From NCBI GenBank assembly GCA_964016885.1, contig OZ024743.1, positions 63,860,001 to 63,924,000 on the forward strand: a stretch of DNA of 64,000 bases, read 5' to 3'. The notes under the pieces were generated by a model, which saw only the letters and a list, made by a program, of their open reading frames with translations, did not search any database and was not told where the DNA came from. Source of the stretch: Eledone cirrhosa (Eukaryota). This document shows positions 12,400 to 23,699 of the stretch, piece by piece. The first letter of the stretch is position 1. Each line of letters opens with the position of its first letter. The position numbers and the translations under genes were made by a program.

Positions 12400-12527
12400 C
12401 TAGACCACCCGTGGCTCCTTGGGTGACGTTCACTAAAAAATATTTTTAAAAATCATGTTCACTTAAAAATAATTTTTACAGCTTTCTCTCTTCCATTTTC
12501 CTTCTCTGTCCCCTTCTCTCTCCCCCT

Positions 12528-12604
<77 letters not shown>

Positions 12605-12840
12605 AATCTACTCTCTGACAACCACTATCTCTTTTGCTCTATATATCATATATATGAAGGTCCCACAAAAAGCCCTGTATCTCAGGATCCCATACTCCGA
12701 TTTACGCAAAACTTGTTTTATTCCATTTGTGTTCCCATTTCAGGGGCAACTTCCTTTCAAAGTATTTTCCCATTAGGTGCTGTATTGGCTGTATTATATT
12801 ACAGACAATACACAATCACAGAGTATTAGCAGTATATAGA
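12400..12840 (-). mobile_element. Non-autonomous Helitron-like element
   Basis: Minus strand A|TC...cacccaaggagccacgggtg hairpin...CTAG|T; internal (CT)n; extra inverted 3' ends at 12345-12390. Confidence 0.6.
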
Positions 12841-13097
12841 TAACATTTTTGATAAATACTTTTATCATTATGTAATTCTAATCCTTATCTCTACATATAG
12901 AAATTCAATATTATTTCAGAATGTTCATGATAACATTTTTAGGGAAATTAATTTCTACAAGACATCAGCCTGCTAGAGAAGGGTTATAATATTTGCTGGT
13001 CTTTGTGCCAATTATTTCGTATGAGGGACCAGTCTGCTAGAGAAGGGATAAATACTTGCTGGTCTTTTGTGCCAATTATTTCCCTTTGAGTAGGGTA

Positions 13098-13925
13098 TAC
13101 AGGGTGACTAAAACAAAAACTGTCACAGTATATTCATTTTCTAACCAATGAAGCTTAAATTTCAGGACATGGTAGAGAAGACAAGACCCCAATAGCTCCA
13201 GTATCAGATTTTCTCTATGAAACACTACTATAAATGTGGAATGTACAAGCAAGTCCAGGAGCAATTTCATGTATTTTTTGAATGGGATACATCTCCCTTC
13301 AAAGCCTATATACAAAACTGAGTGAAGAAGTTTGAGATCTATTGGACAGTGGAGAACTTCAATACAATGTCTAAGGACTGTTCTACCAGCTCTGGATGAC
13401 CCCGGAAACATACACAGGAAGTTTTTAGTCTGAGAGTCTGTTGAATGTTTACTGTGCAGAAGACAATCCTTGGGGCTCTCCTCAGAATCTTGCAGATGGT
13501 TGTCAATGAGTATCTTAAGAAGTACCCCTACAAAATACATTCTAAACAAAATCTTGCTGTAGCTGATAGGTCCAAGAAATAGTCTATAGCTGAGAAAATG
13601 CTGGAGTAGATGAAAAACAATCCAAGTTTTCTGAATTTGTTGTGGATCTATGATGAAGTTCATTTTCACTTAGAGGGGGAAATCAACTCTAAGAATAATA
13701 TGTTCTGGGGGTCAGAGAAACTTGATTGGATTGTATTCTTCAAAGAATGGTGTCACTTCTACAGTCACAAAGGAATACTGCATGGAGGTCCTGGAAGACT
13801 TCAAAAAGGAGCTACAGTTCATGTACCCATCTCTAATGAATAAGTTCTGGTTTCTGCAAGATGAAGTAAGTCTTCAGACCTCCAATGAGTTCTGGGCATG
13901 ACTGAGAAATAACTTTGGCAAAATC
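13098..13925 (+). mobile_element. Decayed Tc1/mariner-superfamily transposon
   Basis: TA|CAGGGTG left end; LWIYDEVHFHLEGEINSKNNMFWGSE matches the first catalytic-Asp motif; later WFLQD; many stops; right TIR not identified. Confidence 0.7.
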
Positions 13926-14354
13926 GTTAGAATGTTGGCTGGAATGCTTTGAAGTTTTCATTTCGGCTTTCTGCTTAAATCTTAATGAGGTCAACTTTGC
14001 CTTTCATCCTTTCAGGGTTCATAAAGCAAGTACTTGTCAAGTACTGGGGCTGGTTCTTCCTTTATCTCTCTTTCTCCCTTCCATTCTCTCATTCTCTCTA
14101 TCCTTTTCTGGAAAAAATCTGCTGTATTTAAACCTGAAGAGGGAATCAGCTCTGCCAGGTTTAAAAATGCCCAAGAAATGCTGTATGTAAATATGTCACA
14201 CCTACAACTCCCTCAGAAGTTATGGGGCCCTGCATACAATATTATTCGTAAACATATCTATCAATTATCAATATTGAAAGGGTGGTAAATTGGCAGAATT
14301 GGTAGAATGTCGAATAAAATGACAGAGCAGTAATTCTTCTGACTCTACATTAAT

Positions 14355-15490
14355 CATCATCATCATCATCATTGTTTAACATCCATCTTCCATGCTGGCA
14401 TGGGTAGGACAGGCTATCCCTTTGTGAGGGATCAGGTCAGGTCAGGGGACCATGATTCACTCACACAGAACTGATTTTAGCTTGGTTTCTATGGCTGTAT
14501 GCCCTTCTTAACACCAACCACATTTACAGTGTGTGCTGGGTGATTTTTGCAGTGTTACCTACTTGGCCACTTTATAGTGTGGACTGAGCGTTTTTTGTTG
14601 TGACATCTACTCAACCACTTTACAATGTGGGACTGGGCACTTGCTTTTGGCATGACACCTACATGTCCACTATAGTGTGGACTGTGTTCTTTTGTCATGG
14701 CTCCAGGAAGATCACTTTATAGAGGAGGTTGAAAACTTGGGAAGATGCTTGGGGACATAGGTATAGGGGAAGTTTATGGGAGCGGAGATGGTAGGGAATG
14801 GTGTTGCCTACTAGGTATATGCCTCAGCCCGAGAATATAAGAGGGCGGGTCTTCTGTAATACTTTATAACTTCATGTATATATATATATGGAGTGATAGG
14901 ACATGGGTGGGGCGTTATGACATGGGAGGTGTATGAAAGGGGTGATGGAGGGGAAGGTGGTGCATACTAGATGTATGCCTCAACCCATGGACATGGGAGG
15001 GCAGGTCTTCTGCAATACTTCATAGTGCCAGAGATCATGGTCCTGTGTCATCGCCTTAGTGAGGTGTAATTGAGCAAAGTCAGCTCTTATTACCTCATCC
15101 CAAGTCTTTCTAGGCTTACCTACTCCATGGCTACTGTCAAATTTGAGTGCTCTACCTTTTTTTATGCAGCTGTCATCTTTCATATGTATCACAGGTCCAT
15201 ACCAATGCAATCTCTTCTCCTGCATACAACATAGTTGTTCTTATACATGCATCATACATTCAGCCTTTCATTTTGAGGGAAAAACCTTTTGTAGTTAGCA
15301 GCAGTAGTAGATCCCTGAACTTTCTCCAACCCAATCTCACTCTGGCTACTGTACTTTCAGAACACCCTCCCCAACTGCTGATTTGGTCACCCATGGAACA
15401 GAAGCTAACTATTACTTCTATAGAGCCCGCTGAGTTAAAATCTTGGTTGGTCTCGCTTGGGGATCTAGCTGGATCAATTGGAGATGGCTG
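14355..15490 (-). mobile_element. Degenerate RTE 3' fragment with 3' UTR and (CAT)n tail
   Basis: RLHWYGPVIHMKDD; GGCSESTVARVRLGWRKF. Confidence 0.85.
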
Positions 15491-15501
15491 CTTTCTCAGG
15501 T

Positions 15502-15614
15502 GGAAGAAGAAGAAGAAGAAGAAGAAGAAGAAGAAGAAGAAGAAGAAGAAGAAGAAGAAGAAGAAGAAGAAGAAGAAGAAGAAGAAGAAGAAGAAGAAGA
15601 AGAAGAAGAAGAAG
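15502..15614 (+). repeat. Pure (GAA)n microsatellite of about 37 units
   Basis: Direct reading. Confidence 0.97.
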
Positions 15615-15734
15615 GAGGATGAACTGCAGGAGGCCATTATATATATGGTTGAACTGAAAATTAGGCAAACTGACTGATAGACAGACAGACAGACAGATAG
15701 ATAGATAGAGTGATAGAGAGATAGAGAAGTAGGA

Positions 15735-16550
15735 AAGAAGTGAGGACCTTAATTCTCCCAGGGAAGCGCCCCTGCTCAATATGTTGAAAAGGAGTAGGCA
15801 TAAACTCCACACAGTGTACACAATGTACATCTTGAATACACAAGAGATCATCATCAGGGGTATATCAGGTAGACAAACAGGAAGGGAAAACTTTGTATGT
15901 AAAAGATATACAGGGGTAGTCAAGGAGAAGAGTATCAGTGATATAAACCTTTTCAAGTCACAGGAAGTGTCTATAGAATGGTTGATAGCTTCTGCTTTCT
16001 AGATGACTTTATTAACAGCAGAGGAGAGTTCTCTGAGAACATAATAGCTAGAATAAGGATAAGATGGAAAAAGTTTAGAGAGCTACTCCAACTGTTGACA
16101 AGAAAAGTTTCTCCCTACATACAAAAGGATGACTGTATGACACCTGTGTGCAAAGATGCTGCAATGGACATGTGTTGACTGGAGAGAAATGAAGCATCCA
16201 TGTTTTATTGGATGTGCAATGTCAATGTGAGAGAAAGGCAGAGCTTGAATGAACTGAGGGAGAAACTGGGTTTAAGATCTCTCTCAGGTGCTGTGCAAGA
16301 GAGATGACTGCATTGGAATGGACATGTGATGCACATAGATAATGATTACTGGGTGAAGAAGTGCCAGAAAATCCCAGTGGAAGGAAGTCACAGTAGAGGT
16401 TGACTTAGGAAGATCTGGGAAGGGGTGTTGAGAGCTGATCTCAAATTACTGAGATTTACAGTGGAGATGACAAAGGAACGCTGAAAAGGACCTGTCCAAT
16501 CCATCATGAAGCGAAAAAAACGGATATAAAAACAATGGTGTTGATGATAC
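15735..16550 (+). mobile_element. Old RTE 3' fragment
   Basis: VDSFCFLDD...IARIRIRWKKFRELL; decayed PHD region. Confidence 0.75.
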
Positions 16551-16706
16551 ACACAAACACACATCCACATATATCTATATAAATATATATATCATCATCA
16601 TCATCATCATTTAACGTCCATCTTCCACGCCAGCATGGGTTAGATGGTTTTGTTCCAGAGAAAGAGAGATTTACACACACACACACACACGCACATATAT
16701 ATATGT

Positions 16707-17057
16707 GGAGGCACATGGCTTAGTGGTTAGAGCATTGGCCTTGCAATCGAAAGGTTGTCAGTTCAATTCTCAGACCGGGTGATGTGTTGTTTCCTTGAGC
16801 AAGACACTTTATTTCACATTGCTCCAGTTTACTCAGCTGTAGAAATGAGATGATAAGGACTGGGGTCCCTATCATTCCACTGCAAAGTGGTCGTGGAGGT
16901 GCCACGGCAAAAAATCACCCAGCACTCACTGTAAATGAGGTTGGTGTTAGGAAGGGCATCCAGCTGTAGAAATCAAGCCAGAATTAGTTCCCGTCCCACC
17001 CTTGCAAGTAGGGAAAAGTGGATGTAAAATCATGATGATGATGATGATGATGATGAT
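16707..17057 (+). mobile_element. Full-length CORE-type tRNA SINE with RTE-like tail
   Basis: A box tggcttagtgg, B box cagttcaattc, CORE, (GAT)n tail. Confidence 0.88.
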
Positions 17058-17195
17058 ATCAAATTACAAAATATGAGGAAATAATAGACAAAAATATACC
17101 TATTTTTTTCTTCAAAGTCCCGACTGCATATAAAGATATAAAGATATAAAGATATATAAAGATGAATAGATAGATAGATAGACAGAAAAACTTAC

Positions 17196-17729
17196 AGCTT
17201 GTAGCGGCTTTTGAAGTTGTTAACTCGTGGCGTTGTGTGACAGAATGTGTTGTTTCTGTTGCATCTGACGTACTATTATCTATGTAATCATTAGATACCG
17301 ACTGATCTTTCATCGTCTGTGTGGTTATTGTTTTCTCAGGATTGTTATTTATGGTTGATTGATTAGTATTCTGTGAAAAATATGAGCTATTTTCGTTTTT
17401 AACCGTAGTAGAAGAAAATTTGTTATTGGATGTTTTAATAGATTTTGTGGTAGTCATGCCTGATGTACTTGTATGTAAACTTGTTGATACTGAGCTCACC
17501 TTGCTGCTTAATGTGGGCATTGAAGAGGTATCTAACTCAGTCAAACTTGTGGCAGTTGATTCTTCCAGTTTGGCAATTGAAGATGTATCTGTTTCACTTT
17601 GTGTTGCTACTGATGGTGAACTTGTTTCTATCCCATCACTTGTGGCTCCTATCTCACTGCTGCTTCCTGTAGTCATTCGTTTCGGGGATGTGGGTATAGC
17701 GGGCATGGAGAAAAAGCACACAACCAGCA
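17196..17729 (-). CDS. Exon 2 of a Ser/Thr-rich mucin-like host gene
   Basis: 534-nt stop-free non-repetitive S/T-rich frame; acceptor atttctttcag, donor gtaagt, phase 1-1; begins with the hydrophobic end of a signal peptide (LVVCFFSMPA); N-glycosylation sequons NSS, NQS, NST. Confidence 0.85.
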
Positions 17730-18539
17730 CTGAAAGAAATTATGATAAAGAATTAACAAAGAATTACACTCTGCTGACAGACAGACATACAGACAAAAAA
17801 TATGAAGTAAAAATTAAGTGTGAATGAAGAGGATACACAGAGGGCAAGAATTATTGATAAGGTCACAGGTTGTAACAAAAGAACTTTGATGCTCCTAAAA
17901 GAATTAAAGAGTACAAGTAAAATACTAACTGAAAATGATTGGCTCAAGGTCTTTATTGATGTTAGACACGTGATTTCAGTAACATTTTCATCTTATACTT
18001 AATATATACAGTCTGCTATAACATTGATTGCTCATACTGGTGCCACATCCACAGTAGTTAACTAAATTACTGTATAAACTACACTATGACGGTGGGGTGA
18101 TGTGTTTTTTTAAAACCATATGTTATTCCCTGATTTGCTTTTAGCATGTAATCATAGATATTTAAATCTTCTCCTTTGCTGGTTATCCAAGATTTGATAT
18201 CTTTGATTCACCAATTAATGGTGAAATATATTTCTTCAATGGAATATATACAAAGGAGATTAATCATTATTGCCAGGTATCTATATTCAAGGTTCTTATT
18301 AATTTTTAATATGTTACCTCCATAACTACGTGTGGTTACACTCTTTACAAATTATCCCCTGTAATTGTTTGATATGTTTATCTTATATATTATCTTATAT
18401 ATATATGTCATTTGACTATTAATTTAATGTTGATAAATGCTCGGATTTATTACTTGGAATCTTTGTGCCTATTCCACAGGTGATATGGCGCATGTTTCTG
18501 ATATTCTCAGACATGGCATCTTTAATCTAATTTTAGTAG

Positions 18540-18567
<28 letters not shown>

Positions 18568-18570
<3 letters not shown>

Positions 18571-21163
18571 TCATCATCATCGTTTAACGTCCATTTTCTA
18601 CGCTAGCATGGGTCTGGACGGGAATTGTCCCACTTGAGGCAAGATTGGTTGTCTTGCTCAGGACTGTCTGGCGGGTTTTCTATGGCTGGATGCCCTTCCT
18701 AACACCAACCACGTTTACTGTGTGGACTGGGAGGTTTTTACCGTGTTACCTACATGGCCACATCACAGCGTGGACTGTGTGTTTTTTTGTTGTGACACCT
18801 ACACGACCTCATTTATTTAGGACTAGATGTTGTGGCACCAACATAGCTTTACATCGAAAGGGGTGGTGTAGATGGTGGTGGGGGGTAGGATTGGAACAGT
18901 GGGGTATTTTGGTTAAGAGGTGCCTACTGAATGTAGGTTTTGCTTTGTACTTAGGCAAGGTGGGTCTTCTGTATTACTACGTAGCGCCAAAGATCTCAGT
19001 CCATTGACATTGTCTTGGAGAGGTGTAAGTGTGTGAGGTCGGATTTTATCAAGTCGTCCCAGGTTTTTCTCGGTCTGCCTACTCCGTAGCTACCGTCTAT
19101 TTTGATCGCCCTGCACTTTTTTTATACAGTTGTCATCTTTCATGCACATCACGTGACCATACCAACATAGTCTTCTCTCGAGTAAACAGCATCTGATCCC
19201 TCTTATTCCTAATTTCTCACTTAGTTCATTTAAGCTTTGCTGTTCGCGTATATTACTATTACACATCCAACGGAGCATGCAAGCTTCGTTCCTCTCCAGT
19301 CTGCGTAGATCCTCTGCACACAAGGCCCATGTCTCACTGCCATGTAATATCGCTGTTCGTATGCAGGCATCATACAGTCTGCCTTTTATTTTTAGAGAGA
19401 AACCTTTAGCGGCTAATAGTGGTATAAGCTCTCTAAACTTTTTCCATCCCGTTCTGACTCTAGCTACAGTACTTTCAGAGCACCCTCCACCACTGCTGAT
19501 TTTGTCACCCAGGTAACGGAAGGTGTCCACTATTTCTATAGAACGATCTGGGCAATGGAATGAGCTAGTATTCTGTGAGCATTTGCTGCTTCTTATTGCA
19601 CCAGAGCACCGGCCACATATAAAATCTATATTCTTAGTTAGCTTACCTGTGATCCCACTACATCTTTTATGCACCCATACTTTGCATTTGGGACATAAAA
19701 TGGAGTTTCTGCCTACTCCTTTCCTACACACTGAGCATGGCCATTTCCCAGATGGGACAAGTGCCCTATTCTCCTTCCTACATATTAGGACTTTATTCTT
19801 AGACAAGTTAACTTTAAGGCCTTTTGATTCTAAGCCATGCTTCCATGTTTGGAATTTCTTCTCTAGTTCAGCCATTGATTCGGCTATGAGCGTTAGATCA
19901 TCTGCGTATAGATGTTCCCATGGGCAGCCGGTCTTGAACTCCTCCGTTATAGCTTGGAGGGTGATAATAAATAGGAGGGGGCTAAGGACGGAGCCCTGAT
20001 GAACACCAACTTTTACGCTAAACTCTTCACTATATTCGTTGTTAATTCTAACCTTGCTGACTGTTTCTTTATACATGGCTTGTATAGCTCTCACAAGCCA
20101 TTCATCTACACCTAGTTTTCTAAGAGCCCACCAGATAATGGAGCAGGGGACTCTGTCAAAGGCTTTCTCCAGGTCTACAAAAGCTAAGTAGAGGGGTTTA
20201 CTTTTAGCTAGGTACTTCTCCTGTAGTTGTCGTACAATGAAAAGAGCGTCTGTGGTACTTTTACCTGGCACAAACCCGAACCGTATTTCATCTAGATTAA
20301 TTCGCTCTCTGATTAGTTGCGCTATTACTTTTTCTGTGACCTTCATGACCTGGTCAATTAATTTAATGCCTCTATAGTTTCCCCTATCTAGGGCGTCTCC
20401 TTTGCCCTTGTAACAGTTAATGATGATGCTGCTACACCAGTCCTTTGGACGACCCCATTCTGTATAACTTGGTTTATTATCCGGGTGACCATAGTGCGTC
20501 CCACTGTTCCAGATGCTTTCAGCATTTCAGCAACTATTTCCGAAGGCCCAGCCACCTTGCCCGTCTTCATATCTTTGATTGCCTTACTTATTATACTACC
20601 TTCGACTAACACTTTCTCCCATTTATTCTCCTCATTTAGTAGCCTTTCGTAGTGACACTTCCAAGCTACCTTCTTATCAGCGTCAGTGGTTGCCAGTACA
20701 CGATCATCATTAACGACACACTTCTCCCCGACAATATCACGGTTCTACTTGACACATTGTCTAGCAATCCTGAACACCTCACGTTTTTGGTCCTCGCGTT
20801 GTAGAACATGCTTGAACTTTCTTTCCTCTGCGTCCCTTCTTGTGAAGTACACTTGTCTCCTAGCTTCCCTCCTGGCCACTTGAAAGTCTTCTCTACTTCC
20901 CCTGTCCGCCATACTTTCCAAGCCTGCTTTTTGGCCTTGATCGACTCCTCCACCTTACTGTTCCACCACCAAGTTACTCTCCTCCTGCCTACAGGTCTGC
21001 TCCAGCCACAGATTTCATCTGTCGCCTTCAGCAGGTTAGCTTTCAGGAATTCCCACTGTTCCTCTATATTGTACAACTCTAATTGCTCTTCCTTACTGTC
21101 AAAAGCATCAAGTAATATGCTTTTAAATTTATTACTGGCTGTGGGGTCCTTTAACTTCCATAT
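18568..21163 (-). mobile_element. 5'-truncated RTE copy with frameshifts, inserted in (TA)n
   Basis: ORFs 19090-20346, 20388-20612 and 20666-21076 are colinear with the intact copies. Confidence 0.95.
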
Positions 21164-21199
21164 TTTATATATATATATATATATATATACATATATACA

Positions 21200-21911
21200 G
21201 ACGGTGCTGACGATAGCTAATAACTAGTACATCGTTTCTTTGTCAGTGTTGAACAAAAGGGCAACGATGGTTGCTAAACACTGTACGGCTTAATTCGGGA
21301 TGTTTGTTTACAAACAAAATGACCATTATAATAAATGCATACATATATATATGTGTGCATGTATGTATATATATACATACTACTGTACGTCTGTATACAA
21401 ATATGTATGTACGTATACATACTTATATTTAAGTAACAGCCGTACTAAGAGTGAGAAATGAAATTTCGTTTCATTTTTTCCGTTTATCGTTTTCGGTGCG
21501 CCCGGCCGATTAACTCACTCGATATGCAAATTAGGCTGCTCAGCCGTTAATATGCATAAGGAAAGTATATAATTTCAGACGTTCAATCATCTGGCAGGAA
21601 GGTATACAGTGCTGACGATAGCTAATAAGCTTGAAACTAGTACATCGTTTCTTTGTCAGTGTTGAACAAAAGGGCAACGATGGTTGCTAAACACTGTACG
21701 GCTTAATTCGGGATGTTTGTTTACAAACAAACCGAGCATTATAATAAATGCTCGGTAAATCCATATGTACATATATATATATATGTGTGCATGTATATAT
21801 ATATATACATACTACTGTACGTCTGTATACATATATGTATGTACGTATACATACTTATATTTAAGTAACAGCCGTACTAAGAGTGAGAAATGAAATTTCG
21901 TTTCATTTTTT

Positions 21912-21914
<3 letters not shown>
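21200..21914 (+). repeat. ~405-bp tandem unit (about 1.75 copies) carrying a minimal hammerhead; retrozyme/pLTR-like
   Basis: CTGACGA at 21207 and 21612; both units share downstream sequence to aaatgaaatttcgtttcatttttt; flanked by (TA)n. Confidence 0.85.
21607..21647 (+). ncRNA. Minimal type I hammerhead ribozyme
   Basis: gtg CTGACGA tagct aata agctt GAAA ctag TA cat; palindromic stem III. Confidence 0.7.
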
Positions 21915-21970
<56 letters not shown>

Positions 21971-21992
21971 GTATAAAAATCAATACAATATA

Positions 21993-22070
21993 ATTACCTC
22001 ATTACCAGAGGTTTCCCGAACGAGGCGAATACGAAAGAAACGTCTTCATTCGTTCGTCAGACGAGGCAAT
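21993..22070 (-). ncRNA. Type I hammerhead-like motif
   Basis: attgcctcgt CTGACGA ... GAAA cc tct g GTA atgaggtaat; 10-bp stem I with two GU pairs; stem II out of register. Confidence 0.6.
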
Positions 22071-23512
22071 ATAAAACATGGGTAAATACTTGGAAAGTCT
22101 CATCAAGAAAATCAAATGAATTAGAAATTGAAATATATAAAAATCTATCAAGAAATATAGTTAGGTGTGTGTATATGTATGTATATACGCTCACAGATGT
22201 GCATATATGTGTATGCACATATGTATACGTATAGTGAAAAAGTGTGCGTAAATATAAAATTTAGGGCAAATGTATCTGTATGTCTGTAATCTACAGACAG
22301 AATAGATACATCATAAGAATATGAATATGAAGGCGCGCGCATAAACACACCTACACACACGTACACTTAGATGCGGAAGTAAAAGAGGTAAGGGAGTGTA
22401 ATAATTAAAGGAAAGTATCAATCTCGATATATTTATAAAAATGTAACAATAAATTAGAAAGAAAAAAATTTTTAGAAAGAAAAAATTAAAGAAAAGAAGA
22501 CAAAAAAGGGTACATACATACACAGACACGCATATCTCACAAAAGAAACGCAAAAATATACATGCTTATATACACACGCACACTTACACATCCATACGTT
22601 CGATACGTACATACACACACACACACACACATACTTACACTCACGCATATTGACCTGTTTGCATGCACACGCATAAAAATGAGTAAGTAAAAAAAATATA
22701 TATATAAAGGAATGAAACTGCCGGTAGTAGAGATATTTTGATGATTTTGGTATGTTTATGTACATTTTTTCTTCTAACTTTAATTTTGTACCTAATTATG
22801 TATGGTTGACTGTATGTCTAGTCAATTTCTACAGGCTATCAGAAATACTGGATAAATTTTCTGTAGCTGTGAGTCGCGGATAGTAAGCTATATCATTTAC
22901 CTATTATTTCTTCATAAGTATATTTTAAACTTATAGCCTCGTTTAAATGATTTTTTGTGTGGTTGATTTATGCTGATTGGGAGAAGAAATACTGTATATA
23001 TTTTATCTAATGATACTTTGAACTTATTTTATATATATATATAGAGAGAGAGAGAATTCGCAAGAATCAAAGCTATGTTCAAAGCATTTATTCACCTACA
23101 ATTGTTTCATCCAAACCTAGGCTTGGAGTCTTCGGAGCACTTTTCAATGTTTGTACACATAATTGACCTCCTTTCCAACGCAAGAGACATATCAATAGAG
23201 TGAGATGGAGGACATTCCATTATGATAAAAACAAATGTAACAAAGTTGATAATACTAACAAATTCGACTCCTTCGGCTTTAGAACTTTTAGAAGCCCCCC
23301 TCACAACACACTACTAAACCCATTTGAAAATGACCTAATAAAACTAGTTAAGAACATTAAATACAAAAAGCATCGTAATAAAAACAACACCTTCTTAAAC
23401 AAACTTAACTCCTCTATTAATGGATTCAAAACAAGTAGTAAAATTATTGTGCATGCGGACAAAACTAATAACATATACATCCTAGATTATGATACATATA
23501 GAAAGTTTATAT

Positions 23513-23699
23513 ATAATTGTTTCTACTTTAGGCACAAGGCCAGCAATTATCCAGTGCATTACTGGTACTTTATTTTATCGACCCCGTAAGGATGAAAGGC
23601 AAAGTCAACCTCGGCGGGATTTGAACTCAGATCGTAAAGGGACGTAACTATGATGGAAAGCATTGCGTCCGACCCTCTACCGATACTGCCAATCCACCG
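23513..23699 (-). mobile_element. SINE family 2 inserted into the Penelope ORF
   Basis: Reverse complement of 10708-10889. Confidence 0.9.

Noticed and set aside
14123-14195. CTGAAGA...GAAA hammerhead-like string
   Set aside because: Stem II is out of register and stem I is imperfect; too degenerate to call.
16707-16780. tRNA gene
   Set aside because: tRNA-like A/B boxes continue into CORE and LINE-tail sequence, so it is a SINE head rather than a tRNA.
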